DNA of 63,995 nucleotides, counting the filler, from Lama guanicoe (taxonomy: Eukaryota), in NCBI GenBank assembly GCA_013239625.1. It is 79 parts of 77 records of this genome, joined end to end, with 100 filler letters (N's around TTAATTAATTAA, not from the genome) between each part and the next. Parts side by side here need not be neighbours in the genome. Positions count along the whole stretch, not along the records: positions 36,627 to 37,338 come from MU056047.1; positions 37,439 to 38,149 come from PNXV01018067.1; positions 38,250 to 39,009 come from PNXV01018068.1; positions 39,110 to 39,532 come from PNXV01018072.1; positions 39,633 to 40,168 come from MU056050.1; positions 40,269 to 40,745 come from MU056050.1; positions 40,846 to 41,670 come from MU056051.1; positions 41,771 to 42,286 come from PNXV01018149.1; 71 more parts are not named here. One strand, 5' to 3'. Of this stretch, positions 36,627-49,303 are shown piece by piece. The translations under genes and the position numbers were made by a program. The notes under the pieces were generated by a model, which was given only the letters and a program-made list of their open reading frames with translations, was not told where the DNA came from and ran no database searches. Position 1 is the stretch's first letter. Every line of letters begins with the position of its first letter.

Positions 36627-37338
36627 TTCTCCGGCGCTGAGCACCCAGGCGGGGGCAGAGGCGAAACCTGCGTCCCAACCAAAGGGCTTAGCAGCCTCAA
36701 GGGCCAGACTGAGACAGGCCTACAGCCCGGGGCAGATAGGATCCTTCCATTCTGGTCCCCCAGAGAACTTGCTCCACAAAGACAAACAAGCAGCTGGGCC
36801 TTGGCTCGGAGCAGGGACGAGGCTGCCCCTCGGTCTTCCCCGAGCCCACCCGCGGAGCGCAACGAGGGCGAAGCGCCGACCAGGGCGGAGCGCCGGCGCA
36901 GAGCGCGCAGCCGCACAGAGCAGCGGAGCTACCGGCGGCGCAGGCAGGGGGAGAGCGGCCCCTCCGCCTGTTGGGCAGGAACACAAACCCTGACCGAGGT
37001 GCTGGGAGGAGGCACGACCTGCCCTCCTGCCTGGCCAGTCTGCAACATCTGACTGCGGCATCCGGAGGGGCAGTGACCCGCCTGCCCGCAGCAGAGGAGA
37101 GCTGCATGTGACCCCGTGTTAGGAGGAGGCACGATCGGCTTGCCGACAGGTGCTGGGAGCAGCACAGNNNNNNNNNNNNNNNNNNNNNNNNNNNNNNNNN
37201 NNNNNNNNNNNNNNNNNNNNNNNNNNNNNNTCACATTAAAACAGACTCCAGGAGAACACCGACAACCCCCTTTTTTTTCTTTTTTTTTGTTTGTTTTTTT
37301 TTTTTAATCTGTTTTTACCTGTTCGATTTTCAATTACT
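36627..37338 (+). mobile_element. Putative LINE-1 5'UTR, second copy
   Basis: High identity to the reverse complement of ~6230-6799; CpG-dense, then a T-rich tract. Confidence 0.7.
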
Positions 37339-37438
37339 NNNNNNNNNNNNNNNNNNNNNNNNNNNNNNNNNNNNNNNNNNNNTTAATTAATTAANNNNNN
37401 NNNNNNNNNNNNNNNNNNNNNNNNNNNNNNNNNNNNNN

Positions 37439-38149
37439 GTGTTCTGCATTCCATGCTCTAAATTCTATATTCAGCATTCTGTTTTCTTTATTCAATATTC
37501 TGTGTTCTACATTCTATATTTTAATTCAATGTTCAGTATTCCGTATGCTATTTCTAAATTCTGTGTTCGTCATTCCGTGTTCTAATTTCTGGGTTCTATA
37601 CTCTATATTCTATATTCTATACTCTGTGTTCTACATCCTATATTATAAATTCTTTATTCAGCTTTCTGTATTCTATATTATATATTCTGTATTCTGCATT
37701 ATATATTCAAAATCCTACATTAGGTATACTGTATTTATATTCGAAATTCTGTGTTCTGCATTCCATGTTCTAAAATCTGGCTTCTATATTCTCTATTCTA
37801 TATTCTATAATTTGTGTACTTCATACTATATTCTACAAACTATATTTTGCATTCGGTATTCTATATTCTAAATTCTGTGTTCTACATTCTATATTCTATA
37901 TTCTATATTCAGTATTCTGTATTCTATATTAAAAAAAATGTGTTCTGCATTCCATGTTCTAAATTCTGGGTTCTACATTCTCTATTTTATATTCTCTAAT
38001 CCGTGTTCTACATTCTATATTCTAAATTCTGTATTCAGTATTCTGTATTCTATATTCTAAATTCTGTTTGTTCCATTCTATATACTAAATTCTATATACG
38101 GTATTCTGTATTCTATATTCTAAATTCTGTGTTCTACTTTCCATGTTCT
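37439..38149 (+). repeat. Family D heptamer satellite
   Basis: 7-bp periodic TTCT core throughout. Confidence 0.94.
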
Positions 38150-38249
38150 NNNNNNNNNNNNNNNNNNNNNNNNNNNNNNNNNNNNNNNNNNNNTTAATTA
38201 ATTAANNNNNNNNNNNNNNNNNNNNNNNNNNNNNNNNNNNNNNNNNNNN

Positions 38250-39009
38250 GTCACTTGTAGACGTGGACATCTCTCAGCGGGGCGTGCCCTCTCCACACAG
38301 GCCAACCCCCGTCTCCCACAAAGAAGCCTCAGTCTCCTAGATGCATTTCCCCGGATTGCTCCCATCCGAGCAGCCGAATGCCTGTAGAGCTAGTCCCTGC
38401 AACACCTTCAGTGTCCCCTCTACCCACCCGACTTAGCAGCTTGGCAGCCAGCCCTGAAGAGTTGGAGAAGTGTTGGTATTGGGGGCCAATGAATTGGGAA
38501 GATGCAGAGATGAAGCTGAAAGGCAAGCCCGATGGGTCTGTCCTGGTAGGAGACAGCTCTAATCCTCGTATCCTGAGCCTCAGTTTCCAACCACAGGGTA
38601 CCGCCCCCCACACTAGAATGGAGCACTGCAGAGGAAACTTCAGCCTGTGGTATCATCCCAAATTTGAGGATCGCTGTCAGTCAGTAGTGGAGTTCATTAA
38701 GAGAGCCATCATGCACCCCAAGAATGGAAGTTTCTTTCTTTCTTGAGATCCAGGGTTCCAGGACTGCCACCAACTCCAGTGCAGCTACTCTGCCCAGTGT
38801 CCCACTACTCTGCCCAGTGTCCCAATTCAGCAACGTCAAATTCCTCCTGCACCTTTGCCTATTCCGAATCCGACAGCTCATCTGGATAGATCACATCCTG
38901 GATCTCCCACTGCCTAAGCCTCTGATTTCTTATACCCGGAAGTTCTACTAGTGTGATCCCCAGGAAGAGGTATACCTGTCTCTAAAGAAAGCTCAACTCA
39001 TTTCCAAAC
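38250..39009 (+). pseudogene. SOCS7: Processed (intronless) SOCS7 pseudogene fragment covering the SH2 domain and SOCS box
   Basis: Translated pieces match SOCS7 as I recall it: RSLSLLDAFPRIAPIRAAE; ELEKC-WYWGPMNWEDAEMKLKGKPDGS; HTRMEHCRGNFSLWYHPKFEDRCQSVVEFIKRAIMHPKNG; LPLPKPLISYTRKFY; DPQEEVYLSLKKAQLISK. No introns. Disabled by in-frame TAG stops (~38385, ~38391, ~38949), frameshifts and a ~20-bp duplication at 38785-38823. Confidence 0.93.
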
Positions 39010-39109
39010 NNNNNNNNNNNNNNNNNNNNNNNNNNNNNNNNNNNNNNNNNNNNTTAATTAATTAANNNNNNNNNNNNNNNNNNNNNNNNNNNNNNNNNNN
39101 NNNNNNNNN

Positions 39110-39532
39110 ATTCCGTATTCTATATTCAATATTCTGTGTTCTACATTCTTTATTCTAAAATCTATATTCAGTTATCTGTATTCTATATTCTAAATTCTGT
39201 GTTTTGCATTCCATGTTCTAAATTCTTGGTTCTATAAACTATATTATATATTCTATATTCTGTGTTCTACATTCTATATTCTAAATACTATATTCAGGTT
39301 ACTGTATTCTATATTATAAACTCTGTGTTCTACATTCTATATTCTAAATTCTATATTCAGTATTATGTAATCTATATTCTTAATTCTGTGTTCTGCATAG
39401 CATGTTCTTAATGCTGGATTCTAAATCTGTATTCTACATCCTGTACTCTGTGTTCTTCATTCTATAATCTAAATTCTATATTTAGTATTCTTTATTCTAT
39501 ATTGTAAATTCTGTGTTCTACATTATATATTC
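39110..39532 (+). repeat. Family D heptamer satellite
   Basis: 7-bp periodic TTCT core throughout. Confidence 0.93.
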
Positions 39533-39632
39533 NNNNNNNNNNNNNNNNNNNNNNNNNNNNNNNNNNNNNNNNNNNNTTAATTAATTAANNNNNNNNNNNN
39601 NNNNNNNNNNNNNNNNNNNNNNNNNNNNNNNN

Positions 39633-40168
39633 TTGTCTTGTCCCAGATTTTAGTGGGAAGCTTTTGAGTTTTTCACCGTTGAGTACTATGCTGGCTGTAG
39701 GTTTGTCATATATAGCTTTTATTATGTTGAGATACGTTCCCTCTATACCCACTTTGGTGAGAGTTTTTTATCATAAATGGATGTTGAATTTTCTCAAATT
39801 CTTTTTCTGCATCAATTGAGATGATCATGTGGTTTTTGCCCTTTCTCTTCTTGATATGATGTATTACATTGATTGATTTGTGTATGTTGTAACACCCTTG
39901 TGTCCCTGGGAAGAACCCCACTTGGTCATGATGTATAATCTTTTTTATCTGTTGTTGGATTCTATTTGCTAAAATTTTGGTGAGGATTTTGGCGTCAATG
40001 TTCATCAGTGATATTGGCCTATAATACTCTTTTTTTGTAGTAAGTATTCCTTTCAGTCTTCTGGAAGAGTTTGAGAAGGACTGGTATGAGTTCTTCTTTG
40101 TATGTTTGGTAGAATTCCCCGGTGAAGCCGTTCAGTCCTGGACTTTTATTGGTAGGGAGGTTAGGTTT
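39633..40168 (-). mobile_element. L1 ORF2 reverse-transcriptase fragment
   Basis: [37 protein letters not shown]...[22 protein letters not shown]. Confidence 0.95.
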
Positions 40169-40268
40169 NNNNNNNNNNNNNNNNNNNNNNNNNNNNNNNN
40201 NNNNNNNNNNNNTTAATTAATTAANNNNNNNNNNNNNNNNNNNNNNNNNNNNNNNNNNNNNNNNNNNN

Positions 40269-40745
40269 CAAAGGCCATAAAGAAAGATAAAGAGGGACAT
40301 TTTATAATGATTAAAGGAGTGATACAAGATGAGGATATTACACTCATTAATATATACGCTCCCAACATAGGAGTACCTAAGTCCATAAAACAATTACTAA
40401 CAGAGATAAAGGGGGATATTGATGGCAATACAATCATAGTTGGAGATTTTAACACCGTATTAACATCACTAGACAGATCTTCCAGACAGAAAATAAACAA
40501 GGCAACAGAGAAATTAAATACTACAATAGAAAAACTAGATTTGGTGGATATTTTCAGAGCNNNNNNNNNNNNNNNNNNNNNNNNNNNNNNNNNNNNNNNN
40601 NNNNNNNNNNNNNNNNNNNAAATTATCTCTCTTTACTGACCACAATGTCATGAAACTGGAAATCAACAACAGAGAAACAAAGGAGAAAAAAAGGAAAGCA
40701 TGGAGATTAAACAATATGTTATTGAAAAAACAATGGATCGGATCA
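40269..40745 (+). mobile_element. L1 ORF2 endonuclease fragment
   Basis: IKGVIQDEDITLINIYAPNIG...TIIVGDFNTVLTSLDRSSRQKINK. Confidence 0.95.
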
Positions 40746-40845
40746 NNNNNNNNNNNNNNNNNNNNNNNNNNNNNNNNNNNNNNNNNNNNTTAATTAATTA
40801 ANNNNNNNNNNNNNNNNNNNNNNNNNNNNNNNNNNNNNNNNNNNN

Positions 40846-41670
40846 ATACGGAATGCAGAATATAGAATGAAGAATATAGAATGAGGAACACAAATTTTAG
40901 AATATATAAAAGAGTACATAGAACCTAGAATAAAGTAATGGAATGCAGAACACAGAATTAAGTATATAGAATACAGAGTACCTAATACACAATTAAGATT
41001 AGAGAATGTAGAACACAGAATATAGAATATAGAATACGGAATGCAGATTATAGAATGTAGAATATAGAATGAAGAACACAAATTTTAGAATATATAAAAG
41101 AGAATATAGAACCTAGAATTTAGTAATGAAATGCAGAACACAGAATTTAGAATATAGANNNNNNNNNNNNNNNNNNNNNNNNNNNNNNNNNNNNNNNNNN
41201 NNNNNNNNNNNNNNNNNNNNNNNNNNNNNNNNNNNNNNNNNNNNNNNNNNNNNNNNNNNNNNNNNNNNNNNNNNNNNNNNNNNNNNNNNNNNNNNNNNNN
41301 NNNNNNNNNNNNNNNNNNNNNNNNNNNNNNNNNNNNNNNNNNNNNNNNNNNNNNNNNNNNNNNNNNNNNNNNNNNNNNNNNNNNNNNNNNNNNNNNNNNN
41401 NNNNNNNNNNNNNNNNNNNNNNNNNNNNNNNNNNNNNNNNNNNNNNNNNNNNNNNNNNNNNNNNNNNNNNNNNNNNNNNNNNNNNNNNNNNNNNNNNNNN
41501 NNNNNNNNNNNNNNNNNNNNNNNNNNNNNNNNNNNNNNNNNNNNNNNNNNNNNNNNTATAGAACACATAGAATGTAGAACATTGAATGCAGAACACAGAA
41601 TTTACAATAGAGAAAACATGATACTGAATATAGAATTTAGCATTTAGAATTTAGAACACAGAATATAGAA
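40846..41670 (-). repeat. Family D heptamer satellite (reverse orientation)
   Basis: AGAATAT periodicity. GAACCTAGAA marker at 40921 and 41109. Confidence 0.93.
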
Positions 41671-42451
41671 NNNNNNNNNNNNNNNNNNNNNNNNNNNNNN
41701 NNNNNNNNNNNNNNTTAATTAATTAANNNNNNNNNNNNNNNNNNNNNNNNNNNNNNNNNNNNNNNNNNNNCATACTTATCAAACACCCAGAAGAAAGGCG
41801 ATGGAAATTGCATCTCTACATAAGTTATTTCCTAATAGAAACTTCCCTGTTTTTCCGTTTTCATGTATATCAAATAGAAATGGCTACCTTAGTTTTGGGC
41901 AGAAAAGTAAATGAAGACGGTTATCTGAATTGCCAAACAAAGATCAAGCGCTGAAAAATTCATTTCTATTATTTATTTCTATTGAGTGTCAGTTAATAAG
42001 ACTATGATGATTTCTTCTGGATTTGTGATTGAAAAAAATGTTACTTATTTTTCTAAGCCTGTGGAAGACCACTATGGTCTACATCCTACCATCTGCAACT
42101 TGGTACACATCAACATTTGAATAGAAAGGGTCAAATTAACTCATATGTGTCTCACATATATACCTATACATAGACATTAAGGCAAACCTATTATAATATC
42201 TTTAATAAATGTTGTGAAACTAAAAAAAATCAAGGCCTTATTCTTTGTAAAGTACATGCTTGTTTCTGCTATTATACACTTATTCTNNNNNNNNNNNNNN
42301 NNNNNNNNNNNNNNNNNNNNNNNNNNNNNNTTAATTAATTAANNNNNNNNNNNNNNNNNNNNNNNNNNNNNNNNNNNNNNNNNNNNCCTCCCGCTGTTAA
42401 ATGCAGGAGCACAGGCAGGGCCCGGCCTTTGCTCTTTCTGTGTCAACACAG

Positions 42452-43064
42452 TGAGACAGGATGGAAGGGGGCAGAGCAGAGACATTCTAGGAAGGCCACA
42501 GCAATTAACAACAAAATGGTGAAGGATTCAACCCCCAATAGGCCTTGAGGCTCAGGATGAAGAGATTTAACTTCTAGCAGAGCTTGAGCTTCATTAAACA
42601 CCCATTGTAATAGTAACATTGTGAANNNNNNNNNNNNNNNNNNNNNNNNNNNNNNNNNNNNNNNNNNNNNNNNNNNNNNNNNNNNNNNNNNNNNNNNNNN
42701 NNNNNNNNNNNNNNNNNNNNNNNNNNNNNNNNNNNNNNNNNNNNNNNNNNNNNNNNNNNNNNNNNNNNNNNNNNNNNNNNNNNNNNNNNNNNNNNNNNNN
42801 NNNNNNNNNNNNNNNNNNNNNNNNNNNNNNNNNNNNNNNNNNNNNNNNNNNNNNNNNNNNNNNNNNNNNNNNNNNNNNNNNNNNNNNNNNNNNNNNNNNN
42901 NNNNNNNNNNNNNNNNNNNNNNNNNNNNNNNNNNNNNNNNNNNNNNNNNNNNNNNNNNNNNNNNNNNNNNNNNNNNNNNNNNNNNNNNNNNNNNNNNNNN
43001 NNNNNNNNNNNACCAAATCCTAGACACAGCCCTTCTCATGCCCCACGTTTTTTTTCTTGTATCA
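42452..43064 (+). mobile_element. ERV1-type solo LTR with internal N gap
   Basis: Termini TGAGACAGGA...TCTTGTATCA form an imperfect inverted repeat. Flanks are ACAG / AAAG (4-bp TSD-like). Homologous to 58166-58723. Confidence 0.8.
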
Positions 43065-44177
43065 AAAGGACTGGGTTGTGAAGGGAGCTCTGAGGCACCA
43101 GCTAAGGGACAGGAGCAGACAACTGGGCTCCATTTGGCGGGCAGCCTCTCCCCCAGCAGGGGAATTGGGGTCGGCCCGGTTCTCTGTGTTTCTCTGTTCT
43201 GCTGACACCCCAGCCAGAGAGCGTTCTCCTTGGCCTGTCCCCACAAAANNNNNNNNNNNNNNNNNNNNNNNNNNNNNNNNNNNNNNNNNNNNTTAATTAA
43301 TTAANNNNNNNNNNNNNNNNNNNNNNNNNNNNNNNNNNNNNNNNNNNNAAACCTAATTTGCATCAATCTTCGAAGATTTATGTTTCAGGAGCTTTGAATA
43401 AATAATACCTCTCTTTATTCAATAACTACAACTAAATGCTCAAGCAACATGTAAGAGTTTGAGCAAACTGCCCCCGCCCCGTAGTGCTGGGTGTCAGCAG
43501 CTGTAACTGGAGTCAGCGCTTACCTCTCCCAGTACAAAAAGCGGTTCACCCAACAGATTGTCGGTGGTCTTTTGGACAAAGCCATAAAACATTGATTTAA
43601 GGTTGCTGGAATGGAATCTATTCTTATTAATATTAAGTAAGCACATATTGATGGCTTACTGTATGTTGGGAATTGTCCCTCAGCCTCACATGAAAATTAT
43701 TTCTCTTAAAACCTCTCATATTTCCTTGTTATTCTCACATTACAGATAAGGAGACTTAGGATTAAGTCTTCTCTCTTTTGGGGGGAGCTCATTATCAATG
43801 ACTTGAAGTTGTAAGGAAAAAGATGTTGATTCACCTTGAGAAAACATTTTTCTGAGAGTCAGCATTGAAGAGGGTGACCACCGAAGAGGGTGATCATTGT
43901 TTGAGTGAGACGAGCCCTGGGTTGTACAGAGTCAGCATCCCTGTCCTGGACACGGCACGTGTAAGGCTGAGTGGTGGGTGAGGCGGTGCGGCTGCACAGG
44001 GAATGCGGATGCTGGGCCATTGGGCTGTGCTCAGGCCCGGTGGGGCTTTCTCCNNNNNNNNNNNNNNNNNNNNNNNNNNNNNNNNNNNNNNNNNNNNTTA
44101 ATTAATTAANNNNNNNNNNNNNNNNNNNNNNNNNNNNNNNNNNNNNNNNNNNNCTTTAATTCCTCTCATTCTACTAA

Positions 44178-44378
44178 AGCATCTTTTTCACACCTTTTCT
44201 GTGAAGGCCACACAGTGAGTCCGTGAGGCTGTGCAGGCCACACACAGTCTCTGCTGTGTGTTTTCCTTTGTTTTTTCCCTCTGTTTTCCCACTTCAGCCC
44301 TTTAAACATCATCCTTAACTTGTGTGCTGTGCAAATACAGATCATGGGGTGGATCTGATCTGCGGGCCATAAACTAAA
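44178..44378 (+). mobile_element. MER58-like hAT MITE remnant
   Basis: CTTTTCTGTGAAGGCCACACAGT...GCAGGCCACACACAGTCTCTG and a terminal GGATCTGATCTGCGGGCCATA. Confidence 0.55.
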
Positions 44379-44746
44379 TGTAAGTGGATGGTATATGAAC
44401 ACTTATATAATAAGGTTCATATGGGTGTCTATAATTGCTCAGACCACATTACCACTTTTCCTCTACAACTAAAAGGTGTTTTTCTATCTATATCTTGTCT
44501 ATATAAATTTAAAAATTAAAAATGAATAGGAGGTATTTGATGCTAGAGATGGGCTGGGGCCCTACAGACCTAGAGAATATACAGAATTTTATTGCTCAAA
44601 AAAACTGTAGAGGTTATTTAATTTAAACCCCTTAATTACTTTATCGNNNNNNNNNNNNNNNNNNNNNNNNNNNNNNNNNNNNNNNNNNNNTTAATTAATT
44701 AANNNNNNNNNNNNNNNNNNNNNNNNNNNNNNNNNNNNNNNNNNNN

Positions 44747-45449
44747 ATTTTTAAAATAAAAACTGACCAAATTGACCTTCAGGTTCACGTGTACTCGAAA
44801 ATATTCAATATTAAGATAATATTTGATATTAAGCATTGTTTAAGTATGTTCTAATTACTATAGACATCTTTAAATTCATCAATAATAAGTATAATACATT
44901 TACTGTACCTAGGTTTAATGAAAGTCAAATAAGATNNNNNNNNNNNNNNNNNNNNNNNNNNNNNNNNNNNNNNNNNNNNNNNNNNNNNNNNNNNNNNNNN
45001 NNNNNNNNNNNNNNNNNNNNNATTTTCAGATAAGATTGAAATATGAATTACATAACATTTAACTTCCTCTTACAGAGAAACTAAAGCTGTTTAGAAATAT
45101 GAATAAATGATTGGTGCCATCCTGAAATAGTCTCTATTATTAAATTAAGNNNNNNNNNNNNNNNNNNNNNNNNNNNNNNNNNNNNNNNNNNNNNNNNNNN
45201 NNNNNNNNNNNNNNNNNNNNNNNNNNNNNNNNNNNNNNNNNNNNNNNNNNNNNNNNNNNNNNNNNNNNNNNNNNNNNNNNNNNNNNNNNNNNNNNNNNNN
45301 NNNNNNNNNNNNNNNNNNNNNNGAAAAATAGTGATACTGAAGCTGGTTACTTCTGAATGGAAGAGAAAATGAAGGACACACTAATATGAATATAGAAAGC
45401 TGTGGAAGTCTTGTGGAAGAGGAAACCTGAGGAAAGAGTTTTGTTTTGT
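44747..45449. mobile_element. Second copy of the AT-rich ERV-internal-like repeat
   Basis: AAAACTGACCAAATTGACCTTCAGGTTCACGTGTACT is shared with ~30952-30988. Confidence 0.5.
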
Positions 45450-45549
45450 NNNNNNNNNNNNNNNNNNNNNNNNNNNNNNNNNNNNNNNNNNNNTTAATTA
45501 ATTAANNNNNNNNNNNNNNNNNNNNNNNNNNNNNNNNNNNNNNNNNNNN

Positions 45550-46729
45550 CGGATTGCCTAAGCTCGTCTCCCCTGGGTATTTTCCTAATGTCTCTGTGAA
45601 GGGAATGCTAGGTGATTTTGTAGGAAATCCCAGTGACAGAGGCTGCCTCCCCAAGGTCAGGGAATGTATTTCTCGGACTTCCCCTAACAGGGAACACCTG
45701 TGACTGAAGAGAGCTGCGTGGTGTTGTCTCTCGAGCTCCNNNNNNNNNNNNNNNNNNNNNNNNNNNNNNNNNNNNNNNNNNNNNNNNNNNNNNNNNNNNN
45801 NNNNNNNNNNNNNNNNNNNNNNNNNNNNNNNNNNNNNNNNNNNNNNNNNNNNNNNNNNNNNNNNNNNNNNNNNNNNNNNNNNNNNNNNNNNNNNNNNNNN
45901 NNNNNNNNNNNNNNNNNNNNNNNNNNNNNNNNNNNNNNNNNNNNNNNNNNNNNNNNNNNNNNNNNNNNNNNNNNNNNNNNNNNNNNNNNNNNNNNNNNNN
46001 NNNNNNNNNNNNNNNNNNNNNNNNNNNNNNNNNNNNNNNNNNNNNNNNNNNNNNNNNNNNNNNNNNNNNNNNNNNNNNNNNNNNNNNNNNNNNNNNNNNN
46101 NNNNNNNNNNNNNNNNNNNNNNNNNNNNNNNTGCCAGGGAAGGGGTGTTTCCAGGAAATCCCATGACACGCTGCCTCCCCAAGGTCATGGAAGGTATTTC
46201 TCAGAATTCCCCCTAACAGGGAACACCTGTGACTGAAGAGAGCTGCGTCGAGTTGTCTCTCGAGTTCCCCATGCACTGACAATGGTTCCGGATTCCTAAG
46301 CGTGGGGAGGTTCCACCATCGGTTGGCAGCGCGTGGGTTCTAACGGAATGCCTAAGCTCGTCTCCCCTGGGTTTTTTCCTAATATCTCTGTGCCAGGGGA
46401 TGCTAGGGGTTTTTCAGGCGATCCCAGTGACAGAGGCTGCCTCCCCAAGGTCAGGGAAGGTATTTCTCAGAATTCCCCCTAACAGGGAACACCTGTGACT
46501 GAAGAGAGCTGCGTGGAGTTGTCTCTCGAGCTCCCCACGCACTGACAATGGTTCCGGAATCCTGAGCGTGGGGAGGTTCCACCAACGGTCGGCAGCGCGT
46601 TGGTTCTAACTGAATGCCAAAGCTCGTCTCCCCTGGGTTTTTTCCTAATATCTCTGTGCCAGGGGATGCTAGGGGTTTTTCAGGCGATCCCAGTGACAGA
46701 GGCTGCCTCCCCAAGGTCAGGGAAGGTAT
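45550..46729 (-). repeat. Family A satellite
   Basis: Same orientation as 1-909. GCTCGTCTCCCCTGGG at 46356 and 46622 (period 266). Confidence 0.95.
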
Positions 46730-47789
46730 NNNNNNNNNNNNNNNNNNNNNNNNNNNNNNNNNNNNNNNNNNNNTTAATTAATTAANNNNNNNNNNNNNNN
46801 NNNNNNNNNNNNNNNNNNNNNNNNNNNNNAAATAAGTTGTGTCAACAATGAGAATTAAAAGAAATAAATCAGACATAATCTTAAATTAAAAAGGTGATAA
46901 AGTCCTGTGCTGGGCCCTGGGACTGGAAAAAGTATATGCCTCAATCCCATTCAAGGGTTCAGGGGCTTGGCCATAGCATCAGCTTGGGATTCAATGAACA
47001 TGTAACAATTAGTATACTGGGAGAAATATAACCTACCCCTCCCTGATCGGAAGAAAATCTGGTTGCTCAATGAAACTCTTAATTCACAGAGATTCTGCCA
47101 GATGCAGAGGAATAATTCACTGATGACTCAACTAAGACAAACTTAGTTACTGCTTAACAATCCATCTTCACACACACACACAGTGGTACAGAGATCTGTA
47201 GTATTTAGTGGGAAGAATTCAGTGGGCAGAACTCAGAGAAAAGTTTTCAAAGCACCAGCCTACTTTTGTAGTTTTGCCAATAGTCTAGATTTTCCCAGGT
47301 AGAAAACTACAGATGGACAAACAAGATTCTTCTTTAGGATTTCTCACTTTGAATGTAAACTGTAACNNNNNNNNNNNNNNNNNNNNNNNNNNNNNNNNNN
47401 NNNNNNNNNNNNNNNNNNNNNNNAGCTGGAAAGTAACCAGCCCATCTGAACCCCAGAATGCTAATGTAAGCAACCACATAGCCACCATCAGAATTTTGCT
47501 GACAATCTTAAAGCTTGATGTTTCTGTTATAGGAAGAACCACTGCTGTGCAGACACAGTTCTCCAGCCGTAAGTGGTCTCTATCCTTCTCTTGGTAAATA
47601 TCATATTGGTGGCATGTTGCTAGAGTTCACCCAGGCCCATTTGTCCTTTCTCCAGGTTATCAAAGGCTTTCTTTACAACAGGTGACATGNNNNNNNNNNN
47701 NNNNNNNNNNNNNNNNNNNNNNNNNNNNNNNNNTTAATTAATTAANNNNNNNNNNNNNNNNNNNNNNNNNNNNNNNNNNNNNNNNNNNN

Positions 47790-48688
47790 CAAAGAACTCA
47801 TACAATGCAAATTCAAAATAACAAATAACCCAATTAAAAAAAGGACAGAGGACCTGAATAGACATTTTTCCATAGAAGACATACAAATGGCCAACTGACA
47901 CATGAAAAGATGTTCAACATCACTAGTCATCAGGGAAATGCAAATAAAAACTATAATGAGATATTGCCTCACACCTGTCAGAATAACTATTATCAAAGAC
48001 AACAACAATTGTTGTCAAGGATGTGGAGAAAAGGGAACTGTCATGTATGATTGGCGGGAACATAAACCGGTACAGCCTCTGCGGAAAATGGTATGAAATT
48101 TCCTCAAAAAGTTAAAAATAGAACTACCACATGATCCAGCAATTTCAATTCTGGGTATTTTTCTGAAGAAAAAACCCCGCTAATTTGAAAAGATATGTAC
48201 CCCTATGTTCACTGTGGCATTATTTACGATAGCCAATAATGGAAGCAACCTAAGTGTCTACTGACAGACAAATGAAAAAANNNNNNNNNNNNNNNAAAAA
48301 AGAAGATGTGGTATATGCGTACAGTGGAATATTAGTCATAAAAAGGAATGAAATCCTGCCATTTGCCACAGTATGGATGCACTTAGAGGGCATTATGCTA
48401 AGTGAAGTAAGTCAGAGGAAGACAAATACCATTTGATTTCATTCACATGCGGAATCAAAAAAATAAAACAAACAAAACAGAAACAAGCTCATAGACACAG
48501 AGAACAAATAGGTGGTTTCCAGGAGGGGTGTGGGGGATAAGTGGAATTAGGTGACGGAGATTAAGAGGTACAAACTGCCGGCTACAAAATAAAGTAGTCA
48601 CGGGAATAAAGGGCACAGTCTGGGGGATACAGTCAGTACCACTGTAGTAAGTTTTCTGGTGACAGATGGTAGCTGGCCTTACTGTGGT
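47790..48688 (+). mobile_element. L1 ORF2 C-terminus and 3'UTR (older subfamily)
   Basis: [53 protein letters not shown]. Confidence 0.92.
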
Positions 48689-48788
48689 NNNNNNNNNNNN
48701 NNNNNNNNNNNNNNNNNNNNNNNNNNNNNNNNTTAATTAATTAANNNNNNNNNNNNNNNNNNNNNNNNNNNNNNNNNNNNNNNNNNNN

Positions 48789-49303
48789 ATGCAGCTTAGG
48801 ATACTTTATCCAGCAAGGCTATCCTTTAGGATAGAAGAAGAACTAAAGAGTTTCACAGACAAAAAAAAAAGCTGCAGGAGTTTAGCAACACTAAACTCAT
48901 GCTAAAAGAAATATTGAAAGGGCTATTCTAAATAGAAAAGCAGCAGGATGCTACAGAAATGAAAATGAGAAACTCACAACTGGAAAGGTGATAACTCATG
49001 AATTACAAATAAAGAAAATATGAAATTATAAAAGAAGATATACAAATCACTGAGAGTGGGAGAGGGAGGCAGGGAAATATAGAATATTTTTTTATTTCTT
49101 TTTTAAAATTTTTTTAACAGTTGGATGGGTTTGAGATCATGTTACTATCAGTTTAATAAAAACAGTTATAGTAATGGGTTAATAGATTTACAAAAAAGGG
49201 TAACCACAAGTCAAAAATTTACAAAGGAGTTACAAAAATTAAATAAAATCCAACATAATACAGAGGAAAATTACCAAACCACAAAAGGAAGAAGAAAGGA
49301 ACA
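48789..49303 (+). mobile_element. L1 ORF1 C-terminus plus inter-ORF spacer (diverged sister subfamily of 19912-20479)
   Basis: MQLRILYPARLSFRIEE...EFSNTKLMLKEILKGLF*; spacer collinear with 20101-20479. Confidence 0.92.

Noticed and set aside
38378..38746. 122-aa SH2-containing ORF as a functional SOCS gene
   Set aside because: It has upstream stops, codon deletions, an altered FLVRDS motif (VLVGDS), a frameshift before the SOCS box and a 20-bp duplication.
43131..43152. TGGCGGGCAGCC as a tRNA primer-binding site
   Set aside because: It lies ~70 bp from the LTR end and does not match a tRNA 3' end I know over 18 nt. The TSD evidence favours a solo LTR.
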